From the IMG/VR virus record IMGVR_UViG_3300022602_000027: a stretch of DNA of 64,000 nucleotides; one strand, written 5' to 3'. This document shows positions 16,809-26,943 of this stretch, piece by piece (the stretch's first letter is position 1; the number at the start of each line of letters is the position of its first letter). This DNA comes from a virus. Its lineage: Duplodnaviria > Caudoviricetes. The notes beneath the pieces are model-generated. The model made no database searches. It was not told the origin of the DNA and was given only the letters and a program-made list of their open reading frames with translations. A program made the position numbers and the translations under genes.

Positions 16809-17646
16809 TAGATGTGTCCTCTGCATGTCGTTTTAACGCCGCGGCATGCTCACCGGCACCAGTACGGCTATAACTTGGATTCATTCCGTTCATTTCTAAT
16901 ATGTCGTCACGGATGTTTTGATTACGCTTTTCTATATTAATAACACGAACAAAGCTATTAGTAACAGCCGCAGTAAAATACGCAAAAGGATTGTCTGATT
17001 TTGATTCATCAAATTGTAGTCCTATCTGTGTTAATTGCAAAATGGCTTGCCCTTTCATCTCGTCATTGTAAGTATAGCCGCGAACGTTACCGCGAGTAGC
17101 ATACCTTTCACATAACTTTAACATCATTCTAGCTAAGTTGTTAGTAATTTGGCCAGCATCTTTATCAAACTTGCCTTTAGCTAGGGTACCTTTCCAATGA
17201 CTTTTACCAACACATTCTAATTCATCATTTTCATTAAACTTCCAATGTTGGAATGGCGGAAAGTTAACTTTATCTCTATGATCCGCTAGACTTTTTGGAT
17301 TCTTTTTACGAGTATTGTTTAATGGAATATGATCAAATGTCATAACTCTAAAAATTAAATCTTGTTTTGGAATCTTTTTATAATCTACTTCGCAATCGGC
17401 TTGTTTAATTTTTTCTCCAGCCTTTTTACGAGTTTGATAATCAGCATCTCCTAACCGTTTAGCTTTATTTCGTTTAGCTTCAGCTATTGTTCTAATATTA
17501 ATCTTATCTAAACTTGGTACAATTAAATCATATTGATGATATTCTGGTTTAGCAAAAACACAATAACTACTTTTTGACTTGTGTATTTCCGCTAGCATAT
17601 CCTTATTGTTTAAGTAATTTACTTTTGGGGTTGATGGTATTGTCAT
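16801..17646 (-). CDS. gp55: Late-transcription sigma factor, gp55-like
   Basis: NYLNNKDMLAEIHKSK, RGYTYNDEM, FDESKSDNPFAYFT; adjacent to gp47 as in T4-like phages. Confidence 0.8.
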   Translation of the reverse strand: MTIPSTPKVNYLNNKDMLAEIHKSKSSYCVFAKPEYHQYDLIVPSLDKINIRTIAEAKRNKAKRLGDADYQTRKKAGEKIKQADCEVDYKKIPKQDLIFRVMTFDHIPLNNTRKKNPKSLADHRDKVNFPPFQHWKFNENDELECVGKSHWKGTLAKGKFDKDAGQITNNLARMMLKLCERYATRGNVRGYTYNDEMKGQAILQLTQIGLQFDESKSDNPFAYFTAAVTNSFVRVINIEKRNQNIRDDILEMNGMNPSYSRTGAGEHAAALKRHAEDTSSE

Positions 17647-17668
17647 TAATTCATTCTCCGGATTGTTA

Positions 17669-17697
17669 ATTATAAACTACGCACTTTATAAAGTCAA
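17669..17697 (-). promoter_or_regulatory. sigma70-type promoter for the gp55-gp47-gp46 operon
   Basis: TTGACT-17 nt-TATAAT on the minus strand. Confidence 0.8.
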
Positions 17698-17704
17698 CTA
17701 AATA
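17697..17704 (+). promoter_or_regulatory. Late-type promoter (ACTAAATA) for the baseplate operon
   Basis: TAAATA core 23 nt upstream of ATG 17728; GAGG RBS follows. Confidence 0.55.
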
Positions 17705-17727
17705 TTGTACCAAAAGAGGATTTTATT

Positions 17728-18720
17728 ATGGCAGTTAACGGATCAACAATTACACGAGTATCAGCAGGATCAGGTGTTATATCCTCAACAACTAGTTCAA
17801 TTAACGTTGCTAGAAATATAGCTGGTGCTGTAGCGGCCGTAAGTGAAGTTGGAAGCGCACTACGTTCGAGCAGTTTACCAGCCGCGGGAGAAGCAATTGG
17901 CGATTTAAGTAGCGCACTTGCCGCATTTGGTGGAGGCGATGCTCCCGATAGCGATTGGCGTGTCAGATTAAGTCTCCCATTATGGCCCAGCTTTAGAAAT
18001 AGTCCAGTGCTTACACCATTAAAAGATGCAGGCGGATTAATATTTCCGTATACTCCTACAATTACTATTGCTAGTGCCGCATCGTATAACAAAGTTGAAA
18101 CGGTACACACTAACTTTCAATTTCAAGCATTTAAAAATAGTGATCCTGGAGCAATTACAATTACAGCACCTATGAATGTGTCTGATCCTACTGAAGGATT
18201 ATATTGGATTGCTGCCGTTCATTATTTACGTAGTTTAACTAAAATGTTTACTGGTCTTGATCCAAAGGCAGGAAACCCTCCACCAGTAGTAAAACTAAAC
18301 GGATACGGACAATTTGTTTTTAAAAATGTACCAGTTGTTGTAACAGCATTTAATACAACATTGCCTAATGACTGTGACTACATTGGTGTGCCAGTTGTAG
18401 GCAGTATGGCAGGAGCAATTGAAGGAATTGCGGATTCAATTGGTGGATTATCAGACAGCTTAGGAGATACATTTCCAGGAATACCAAGCGGACTTACTGA
18501 TGGCATAAGCAGTATTGCAGGCGGAGTTGGTGCTATTGCAGGATTAGCAGGTAGTTTAGGATTAGGTGGAAAGACTAGTGGCGGTATTAGCCATGTGCCA
18601 ACTAAGAGTTCGTTTACTATAACACTACAACCAATTTACAGCAGAGCTAGTGCTCGTACATTTAGCCTTGACAGATTTGTCGGCGGCGGGTATTTAAACA
18701 GCCCATTTGGATATATTTAA
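17728..18720 (+). CDS. Baseplate-tail tube initiator (gp54/gp48-like)
   Basis: IFPYTPTI, NPPPVVKLNGYGQFVFKNVPVVV tube-fold motifs; first gene of baseplate cluster. Confidence 0.6.
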   Translation: MAVNGSTITRVSAGSGVISSTTSSINVARNIAGAVAAVSEVGSALRSSSLPAAGEAIGDLSSALAAFGGGDAPDSDWRVRLSLPLWPSFRNSPVLTPLKDAGGLIFPYTPTITIASAASYNKVETVHTNFQFQAFKNSDPGAITITAPMNVSDPTEGLYWIAAVHYLRSLTKMFTGLDPKAGNPPPVVKLNGYGQFVFKNVPVVVTAFNTTLPNDCDYIGVPVVGSMAGAIEGIADSIGGLSDSLGDTFPGIPSGLTDGISSIAGGVGAIAGLAGSLGLGGKTSGGISHVPTKSSFTITLQPIYSRASARTFSLDRFVGGGYLNSPFGYI

Positions 18721-18721
18721 T

Positions 18722-19021
18722 ATGGCAACTTATACAAATACAAGTCCTTGGTATACTACTGAGGTAGTAAACAATCATTTAGATGTACTGTCTATTAGAT
18801 CAGTTAGTGCTGAAGCTGATGATTATCTATATACTATTGAACCTCAATACACATACCGACCAGATTTATTAGCATATGATTTATATGGTGATTCTAATTT
18901 GTGGTGGGTCTTTATACAACGAAATCTTGATGTTTTACAAGATCCTATTTTAGATTTTGTACCGGGCACACAAATTTATATTTGTAAAAACAGCAGTTTA
19001 AAAACTGCCTTAGGTTTATAA
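18722..19021 (+). CDS. gp53: Baseplate wedge subunit, gp53-like (LysM-like)
   Basis: YRPDLLAYDLYGDSNLWWVF motif. Confidence 0.85.
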   Translation: MATYTNTSPWYTTEVVNNHLDVLSIRSVSAEADDYLYTIEPQYTYRPDLLAYDLYGDSNLWWVFIQRNLDVLQDPILDFVPGTQIYICKNSSLKTALGL

Positions 19022-19022
19022 C

Positions 19023-21218
19023 ATGAGTGGAGTTAATGTAGGTACAGTCGTAGGCGCAACAGTTGCAATTGGTGCAGGTGCTGCCGCGGCTAAATCTTTA
19101 GCATCATCAGGACCGGCAACTGGATTGTCTGCGGCGTCTGGAGGAGGCTCGTCTGGATTTTTTAGTAACTTCTTTTCTGGGTTAACCAAACCTAAATTAC
19201 CACTACCTAATCCCTTACTTAAATATGCAAGTTATACATATCAAATAGGTTTAGGTGTACTGACTGATGCACAACTAAAGGATCCTTCAAAATATATGAA
19301 GGGGCAAGCAATACCTTTAATATTAAAAGATGCAAGTGCTAGTCCGCAAAATCGAGTTAAGACACCTTACGGATCTTTTGAATTCTATATTGACAAACTT
19401 GAATTAGCCACCTTGCCAGTATTACAAACAAATTCAATATCAAATGTTTGTAATCTTTCATTTACTGTGATAGAACCTTATAGTATGGGAATGTTTCCTA
19501 TAGCGTTACAAACTGCGGCTCAAAAAGCAGGACATGACAATTGGGTTCAAGCACCGTTTCTGCTAACATTAGATTTTAGAGGTAACACCGAAACAGGACA
19601 AATAGCAAGTATTCCAAATACAAGTCGTAAGATTCCTATTAAGATAACTGAAATTAGTATATCAGTTAACGAAAATGGCGCTACGTATAGTTGTTCAGGT
19701 ATTCCGTGGAATGCACAAGCACACTCTCTTGCTGACGCAGGATTAAAAGGCGATATATCTGTTTCAGGAAAAACTGTACAGCAAATTTTGCAAACTGGTG
19801 AAAAAAGTTTGCAAGCAGTTCTTAATGCAAAATTAAAACAATTAAAAACAGAAGGCATTGTAGAAGTGCCTGACGAAATAGTAATAGTATTTCCTACCGA
19901 GTATTGGTCTGATACAGGATCAAAAGGAGGCGACAAAGTTGAAACACCAGCGCCAGCAACGACCGCAGTTGATGCAGACTCAATTGCTAAACAATTAGGT
20001 GTAACACGAAGCAGTAAAAATAGTACATTGATACAATCTGATGCAACTTGTAATGCGTTAGGAAAATCAATATTAGGATTTACTGATACTCGTAAAGGTG
20101 ATCAACGTGTTGGAAAAGACAACAAGGTTTACGATAAAAATAAAGATACCAATGTTCGAGCAAATAATTTTATTGATCCCACTACTGGCGAAATGAAATT
20201 TACTCAGAATATGGATATTATGAACGTTATTAATCAAGTACTGTTGAATAGTGATTATGCAAAACAAGCATTGTCAACAGGACAAGTAGATGATAAAGGA
20301 CAACGCCAATGGTGGCATATTGACTGTCAAGTTTATAATATTACTAGTACTGCAAATTATCCATATACAGGAACAAAACCAAGACTATTAGTATATAGAG
20401 TTATCCCTTATCTTACTCATAGTTCAAACATTGCAAGTCCTAATACCGGACCAGTTGGCATAGACAATCTAAAGAAAGAAATAGTTAAATCTTACAACTA
20501 TATCTATACAGGAAAAAATATTGATATTATAAAATTTAATATTGAATTTGGTTTAGGTATAGTCGGTGTGATGGGCAGTTCAAAACTTAAACAAACACAA
20601 GACAATGTTAAAGCAGTAGATAGCAGTGGAGCAAAAGATAAGAAACAAGAAGACATTAATCCAAACAGTCCTGGAAATGCTCCATCAAAAAATCCAGGAA
20701 CGCTGTCAACCGCAATGCGATTTGTTAACTGGATAACAGGTACAGATAAACAAGGCGGTGGTGGTAATGAAACAGAAACCACACGAGCGGCTAGATTGTG
20801 GCATGATGCTATAACTAGTAAAGCAGAAATGATAGAATTAAATTTAGAAATTCTTGGAGATCCATATTATATTTTTCAAAGTGGCGCAGGAACATACTCT
20901 GCAAAACCAGTGTCTCAAAATTTAAATTCTGATGGATCAATGTGCCATCAAACAGGCGAAGTGCATATTAGTGTAGGATTTTCTACACCAATAGATTTAA
21001 ATCTTTCAACAGGATTGTTTGATTTTGGCAAATCAAAAACTGCACCAGTGTCACAATGGCAAGGAGTTTATAAAGTTACAGGTGTTACTAGTAAATTCCA
21101 AGGTGGTACATTTGTACAAAATATAGATGGTGTTAGAATTCCTGGGCAAGAATTACCTGAGAGCTATACATCAACACCAGATAAAACATTTAATAATTCA
21201 ACTCCGGCAAAAAAATAA
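19023..21218 (+). CDS. Baseplate hub protein (gp27/gpD-like)
   Basis: 731 aa between gp53 and gp5; LEILGDPYY and GVYKVTGVTSKF.GG.F.Q motifs. Confidence 0.6.
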   Translation: MSGVNVGTVVGATVAIGAGAAAAKSLASSGPATGLSAASGGGSSGFFSNFFSGLTKPKLPLPNPLLKYASYTYQIGLGVLTDAQLKDPSKYMKGQAIPLILKDASASPQNRVKTPYGSFEFYIDKLELATLPVLQTNSISNVCNLSFTVIEPYSMGMFPIALQTAAQKAGHDNWVQAPFLLTLDFRGNTETGQIASIPNTSRKIPIKITEISISVNENGATYSCSGIPWNAQAHSLADAGLKGDISVSGKTVQQILQTGEKSLQAVLNAKLKQLKTEGIVEVPDEIVIVFPTEYWSDTGSKGGDKVETPAPATTAVDADSIAKQLGVTRSSKNSTLIQSDATCNALGKSILGFTDTRKGDQRVGKDNKVYDKNKDTNVRANNFIDPTTGEMKFTQNMDIMNVINQVLLNSDYAKQALSTGQVDDKGQRQWWHIDCQVYNITSTANYPYTGTKPRLLVYRVIPYLTHSSNIASPNTGPVGIDNLKKEIVKSYNYIYTGKNIDIIKFNIEFGLGIVGVMGSSKLKQTQDNVKAVDSSGAKDKKQEDINPNSPGNAPSKNPGTLSTAMRFVNWITGTDKQGGGGNETETTRAARLWHDAITSKAEMIELNLEILGDPYYIFQSGAGTYSAKPVSQNLNSDGSMCHQTGEVHISVGFSTPIDLNLSTGLFDFGKSKTAPVSQWQGVYKVTGVTSKFQGGTFVQNIDGVRIPGQELPESYTSTPDKTFNNSTPAKK

Positions 21219-21221
21219 ATT

Positions 21222-22907
21222 ATGGCAAGCGCACAAGACTATTATTCACCTAAAGACCTTCCAGCACAATCACCTGGACCGTTTCTCGCTACGGTAATAA
21301 GTCACCAAGACCCTACCTACATGGGTGTTATTGAAGTTGAAATTTTAAGACCATCTGGTACAACACAATCTGGATCTGAAGGACAACTACATCAAGTTAA
21401 GTATATGAGTCCTTTTTACGGTGTAACAAAAATTAGCGATACAGCAACTGATCCTAACGCAAACAATTTTACTAACAGCCAACAAAGTTACGGCATGTGG
21501 ATGGTTCCTCCAGATGTAGGAACAACTGTAGTAATATTTTTTATTGACGGTGATCCAAAACGTGGCTATTGGATGGGATGTGTATTAGATGATGCTATGA
21601 ACTTTATGTTACCAGGAGTTGCCGCAACACAAAGCACAGTAGAAACTGTACCTGGCGATAGTAACACTCCAGAAGCACATCAAGGTCGTTCTCCAACTGG
21701 AGAATATAATAAATTAATACCAGAAAATAATAATCCTAAAGATCCAGAGTTATTAAAAAAACCACAGCATCCTTTTTATAAAATTTTAGCAAGTCAAGGA
21801 TTGTCAATTGATGACATCAGAGGACTTACTACAAGTAGTGCTCGAAGAGAAACTCCTAGTATGGTTTTTGGTATCAGCACTCCAGGTCCGTTAGATAAAA
21901 CAGCTGGTGCTAGACGAGGAACTCAAGGAAAATTAGAATGGCAAATTAATAATGCTCCGCTTAGTCGTTTAGGTGGAAGCACATTTGTTATGGATGACGG
22001 TGATGATAAATTTATAAGAATGACCAAAGCTAACGCAGGTCCACCAGTCTATGAAGCCATCGAAGCATTGCCAGATAAACAAGCACCTTCTGGCGATCAA
22101 ACAATACCGCATAATGAACTTGTACGTATTAGAACACGTACCGGCCATCAAATTCTTTTACATAATTCAGAAGATTTAATTTACATTGGCAATGCTAAAG
22201 GAACAACTTGGATTGAGTTGACTAGTAGTGGTAAAATTGACATTTTTGCCGCAGACAGTATAAGTGTGCATACTAAACAAGATATGAATTTTTATGCTGA
22301 CCGTGATATAAACATGGAAGCAGGTCGTAATATAAACATTAAAGCTACAGGAAATACTTCTCCTGGTAAAGTTCATATTGAAAGTAAAAAAGACACTGAA
22401 ATTGTTACTGGAGGTAATTTACAAGTCAGCTCTACTGGAAAAATTAATTTGTCATCTAAATTAGCAACAAATCTTAATAGCGGAACAAATCTTAATTTTC
22501 TTTCACAAGCAGATACTAATCTCAAAGCACTTGGAAAATTTACACAAAACGCATCTGGATATTATCAATTACCTGGATCAGGCGGTACAGCAGTTGTTTC
22601 AGAGTATGCTTCGTTATCTACAGCAACAGTATTGAGTACATTTGATAATGTCTATAACGCTAACGGCGATAAAATTAAAAGTATTATGAAACGTATTCCA
22701 AACGTTGAACCTTGGCCTCAACATGAAAATTTAGATCCGTTGTTTATGACTAATAGTGCAACAGATAGAGAAAATTCAGAACCTATAAAATTTACAGCAA
22801 ATTCAAACAATCAGTTAGTGCCAAAATATTTTAATGTTTATACCACTGCAACTGATACGTTTACAAAATACAAAGGTACGACTAGTAGTAATCAATCTGG
22901 AGCATAA
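21222..22907 (+). CDS. gp5: Baseplate central spike, gp5/VgrG-like
   Basis: N-terminal OB-fold (GMWMVPPDVGTTV, GYWMGC), RTRTGHQILLHNSE, beta-helix repeats. Confidence 0.8.
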   Translation: MASAQDYYSPKDLPAQSPGPFLATVISHQDPTYMGVIEVEILRPSGTTQSGSEGQLHQVKYMSPFYGVTKISDTATDPNANNFTNSQQSYGMWMVPPDVGTTVVIFFIDGDPKRGYWMGCVLDDAMNFMLPGVAATQSTVETVPGDSNTPEAHQGRSPTGEYNKLIPENNNPKDPELLKKPQHPFYKILASQGLSIDDIRGLTTSSARRETPSMVFGISTPGPLDKTAGARRGTQGKLEWQINNAPLSRLGGSTFVMDDGDDKFIRMTKANAGPPVYEAIEALPDKQAPSGDQTIPHNELVRIRTRTGHQILLHNSEDLIYIGNAKGTTWIELTSSGKIDIFAADSISVHTKQDMNFYADRDINMEAGRNINIKATGNTSPGKVHIESKKDTEIVTGGNLQVSSTGKINLSSKLATNLNSGTNLNFLSQADTNLKALGKFTQNASGYYQLPGSGGTAVVSEYASLSTATVLSTFDNVYNANGDKIKSIMKRIPNVEPWPQHENLDPLFMTNSATDRENSEPIKFTANSNNQLVPKYFNVYTTATDTFTKYKGTTSSNQSGA

Positions 22908-22909
22908 TT

Positions 22910-23356
22910 ATGGTTAATAGCATATACACTAAGAAAGTAATAACAACAAAAGCAAATACAAATTCAGTTTCTAGCCCTCGTATGTACCGAGGATTTAGTA
23001 CAGTGAATACTACTACTCAAAATTTTGCTTTGTATGATTTTGAATTAATTAAACAAGATTTAATTAATCAGTTTCATGTGCGTCAGGGTGAAAGATTAAT
23101 GAATCCTACCTATGGATGCGTTATCTGGGAATTGTTGTTTGAACCGCTAACAGAGGATGTTAGAGAATTAATTTTACAAAATGTTAATCAAATAGTTAAC
23201 AGCGATCCGCGTATACAAGCCAGTAATGTATTTGTTACAACTTATGATAACGGCATACAAATTGAAGCTACTTTAACGTATGTCTTGTATAATTTGCAAG
23301 AACAATTACAAATTCAATTTGATCAAACTAACGGTTTAACCGCACAAACGATATAA
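22910..23356 (+). CDS. gp25: Baseplate wedge subunit, gp25-like
   Basis: RQGERLMNPTYGCVIWELLFEP. Confidence 0.9.
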   Translation: MVNSIYTKKVITTKANTNSVSSPRMYRGFSTVNTTTQNFALYDFELIKQDLINQFHVRQGERLMNPTYGCVIWELLFEPLTEDVRELILQNVNQIVNSDPRIQASNVFVTTYDNGIQIEATLTYVLYNLQEQLQIQFDQTNGLTAQTI

Positions 23357-23403
23357 TATACGCACATAATTTAAACTAATAAATACACTTATTAGGACAA
23401 ATC

Positions 23404-26400
23404 ATGAGTTCAACATCAAGACAAAATAACCTGCTACTTGCAGAAGATTGGCAAAAAATATATCAAAGTTTTAGAAATGCAGATTTCCAAAGCTATGATT
23501 TTGACAACCTTCGTCGTACGATGATTGATTATATCCGTACAAATTTTCCAGAAGATTTTAACGATTATGTCGAGTCTAGCGAATACCTTGCCCTAATTGA
23601 TCTTATTGCTTATGTTGGACAAAATATTGCTTTTCGTGCAGATTTAAATGCTCGTGAAAACTTTTTAGAATTAGCAGAGCGCCGTGATAGCGTATTACGT
23701 TTAGCACGTTTAATCAGCTATAACGCCAGCAGAAACGTAGCGGCTCAAGGCTTGTTAAAGTTTACAACAGTACAAACAACAGAGAATGTTCTTGACAGTA
23801 ATGGTAGAGATTTAGCTGGACAATATATCTCTTGGAACGACAGCAGTAATCCTAATTGGTACGACCAATTTATTAGAATTTTAAATGCGGCATTCCCGCA
23901 AACACAGCAATTTGGTAACCCGGCAGATTCAGCAACTATCTATGGAACTCCGACTGCTCAATACAGATTTAATGCAAATAACACAGATGTGCCAGTATAT
24001 TCGTTTACAAAAACTGTAGCTGGACGTGGAATGGATTTTGAAATAACCAGTACTACATTTACAGGTGAAACATTTATCTATGAAGAACCACCTAAGATTG
24101 CTAATCAAATTGCATGTATCTATAAAGACGATGGCTACGGTGCTGGCAGTCCAGGAACAGGATTCTTTTTTAATTTTACTCAAGGTACATTAAACACCGG
24201 CACATTTAATATTACTAATCCTAGTACTAATGAGTCAATTGATATTGATACACAAAATATTAATAACTCAGATGTATGGTTGTATCAATTAAGTCAAACA
24301 TCTGGTCTTGAATCAACTTTGTGGACAAATATTCCTGCACTAACAGGCAACAACGTTATATATAATTCTCTTAATCAGTCAACCAGCACAGTATATGCAG
24401 TTACTACACGAGTAGGTGATGCTGTTAGTTTAAATTTTGCTGACGGTGTCTTTGGTGAATTGCCAAACGGAAACTTTAGAGTTTATTATAGAATTAGTAA
24501 TGGATTAACTTATACAATTAATCCAGCAGACATTGTTAACGTATCTGTGGCTATTCCTTATACTTCTGCGCTAGGTACTCCTGAAACATTAACAGTTAGT
24601 TTAAGTTTAGCAAGCTCTGTAATTAATGCAACAGCATCGGAAACTAATGCCAGCATTAAACAAAATGCTCCTCAAACATATTATACACAAAACCGTATGA
24701 TTACCGGCGAGGACTATAATATTAGTCCGTTGGCCGCCAACTTACAAGTTGCTAAAGTTAAAACTATTAACAGAACATCAAGTGGTATTAGTCGTTATTT
24801 TGATCTAACAGATCCTACCGGCAAGTATAGTAGTACTAATTTATTTGCAGATGACGGTGTATTATATCAACAAGAATATACAACTGGTACAACTTTTTCT
24901 GCATCAGGAACTCAAGTTGATGCCGCATACGTACAAGGTATTATTGATAATACTGTATTGCCTATCCTTGAAGATCCAAATCTTAGAAACTTCTTTTATT
25001 CAAATTTTGTAACTTATACTGCGGCTAGTTTAAATGTTTCTTGGTACCAAGTTACTAAAGACAGTAATTCATCTAGCGGATATATTGGCGGAACAACAAG
25101 TGGCACACCATTTGCTGTAGGTTCATATACTTTAACAGACTTATCATTTATTACATCCGGTGCTTTAATTAAATTTACTGCGCCTTCATATACTGATAGT
25201 GTTACAGGAATTACATACTATTACGGTTATTTTAATACAAAGCAAAATAATGCATACGTGACATTTGCTAATCCATCATTAGCTAGTGCAGTTCCTTCAA
25301 ACGGAGTATTATATCTATGGGCTAGAGTAATTTCTGTAAACGGTGACGGAACAGCAAGCGGCACTGGAACATTATCAACTGGGTTTGGTCCAATTGTACT
25401 AAGCAAAGTTATACCTAAGAAAGCAGTAATTTCAGAAGTAATTCCTGAGTTTTCAACATCACTAACAGCAAGTGTTCAGACATCGATGATTGACTTAATT
25501 CTTAGTAACTCAACATTTGGTCTACGCTATGATGCTAGTTCAACTAGCTGGCAAATTGTATTTGAACAAAATCTTAATACTACAACACCTTTTAATTTGC
25601 AATATCAAGGAAATAACACAAACACACAACTAGATGCTAGTTGGATATTGTTATTCAGTACCGATACTTTAACTTATACAATTACAGAACGTACAGTTCG
25701 TTATATTTTTGAAAGTGATGCAGAAGTAACATTTTATTTTGATGACAGCGTAAAAATTTATGACATAGTTGGATCTAATACAGTAACTGACACAGTGAAA
25801 GTATTAAACATTAATCCACAACCTGATAGTGTATTTCCACTTACAGTTGATTATCCATGGCAAGTAGTTTCTGAATACATTGGACAAGATGGATATATTG
25901 ACCCTAAAAAAGTTGTAGTAACATTTGCAGATCCTACTAATAGCGGAGTAGTTGATAATCCACAACAATTTATTGATATTGTATCTCCATCAACTAATAC
26001 TGCATACAAATATATTGTAGAAAAGAAATATGAAATAACATCAGGACAAGAAGATTACAAGTATGTTGTTAACAACCCATTAACAGGACCTGTAATTATT
26101 TTTAGTACTATAAGTGCATCTTATCCTTTAAGTCAATGGACTACTGGACAGTATTTTTATTTTGAAGATACACAAATTGTTATGCAATATGTTCCAAGCA
26201 ATACTACTTCACAATTACAGCCTACATTAGATTATAAAGTTTATGTTGGCCGTGATGGATTACGTTTCCAATATGTTCATAGTGCAGATTATGATAGTCG
26301 TATCGATCCAGGCGCAAGCAATATTATGGATGTATATGTGTTGACATATAGTTACGATACTGCATTTAGACAATGGGCCGCAACTGGAGGTAGTGGTACT

Positions 26401-26943
26401 GAGCCATTACCGCCAAGTCAATATGAATTAAACACATTACTATCACCTAATTTAAATCTAATTAAATCTATTAGTGATGAAATTGTTTACCATCCTGTGA
26501 ATTATACATTGTTGTTTGGCAATTTAGCTGATCCTAATTTCCAAGCAACATTTGAAGTTATGATTAATCCTAGTTCAGCAGTAAGTTCAGCAAATGTTAC
26601 TGCTCGAGTACTAACAGCAATTAATGAATTTTTTGCACTTGAAAACTGGGACTTTGGTGATACATTTTACTTTACAGAATTATCAACTTATGTAATGAAT
26701 CAACTAGCACCAGATATTATTACGTTTGTTATTGTTCCTGCACAAACAGGACAATACTTTGGTAGTCTATTTGAAATTAAATGTCCTAACAATAGTATAT
26801 TCTTAAGTTGCGCTACAACAGCAAATATACAAGTAGTATCAGGCTTAACTTCAACAAATCTTAAAACTGTAACAGGAACTGCGTTAGCGGCAACTGTAGC
26901 TAGCCAACAAATTACTAGCGCAAATTATGGGGCAAATAGTTAA
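23404..26943 (+). CDS. gp6: Baseplate wedge subunit, gp6-like
   Basis: DFQSYDFDNLRRTMIDY, ENFLELAERRDSVLRLARLISY, QNRMITGEDY. Confidence 0.85.
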   Translation: MSSTSRQNNLLLAEDWQKIYQSFRNADFQSYDFDNLRRTMIDYIRTNFPEDFNDYVESSEYLALIDLIAYVGQNIAFRADLNARENFLELAERRDSVLRLARLISYNASRNVAAQGLLKFTTVQTTENVLDSNGRDLAGQYISWNDSSNPNWYDQFIRILNAAFPQTQQFGNPADSATIYGTPTAQYRFNANNTDVPVYSFTKTVAGRGMDFEITSTTFTGETFIYEEPPKIANQIACIYKDDGYGAGSPGTGFFFNFTQGTLNTGTFNITNPSTNESIDIDTQNINNSDVWLYQLSQTSGLESTLWTNIPALTGNNVIYNSLNQSTSTVYAVTTRVGDAVSLNFADGVFGELPNGNFRVYYRISNGLTYTINPADIVNVSVAIPYTSALGTPETLTVSLSLASSVINATASETNASIKQNAPQTYYTQNRMITGEDYNISPLAANLQVAKVKTINRTSSGISRYFDLTDPTGKYSSTNLFADDGVLYQQEYTTGTTFSASGTQVDAAYVQGIIDNTVLPILEDPNLRNFFYSNFVTYTAASLNVSWYQVTKDSNSSSGYIGGTTSGTPFAVGSYTLTDLSFITSGALIKFTAPSYTDSVTGITYYYGYFNTKQNNAYVTFANPSLASAVPSNGVLYLWARVISVNGDGTASGTGTLSTGFGPIVLSKVIPKKAVISEVIPEFSTSLTASVQTSMIDLILSNSTFGLRYDASSTSWQIVFEQNLNTTTPFNLQYQGNNTNTQLDASWILLFSTDTLTYTITERTVRYIFESDAEVTFYFDDSVKIYDIVGSNTVTDTVKVLNINPQPDSVFPLTVDYPWQVVSEYIGQDGYIDPKKVVVTFADPTNSGVVDNPQQFIDIVSPSTNTAYKYIVEKKYEITSGQEDYKYVVNNPLTGPVIIFSTISASYPLSQWTTGQYFYFEDTQIVMQYVPSNTTSQLQPTLDYKVYVGRDGLRFQYVHSADYDSRIDPGASNIMDVYVLTYSYDTAFRQWAATGGSGTEPLPPSQYELNTLLSPNLNLIKSISDEIVYHPVNYTLLFGNLADPNFQATFEVMINPSSAVSSANVTARVLTAINEFFALENWDFGDTFYFTELSTYVMNQLAPDIITFVIVPAQTGQYFGSLFEIKCPNNSIFLSCATTANIQVVSGLTSTNLKTVTGTALAATVASQQITSANYGANS

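Noticed and set aside
16200-16811. 203-aa plus-strand ORF and other antisense ORFs in the track (e.g. 6134..6442, 45021..45452, 46217..46669, 63163..63585)
   Set aside because: Shadow ORFs opposite well-supported genes; no RBS or recognisable motifs.
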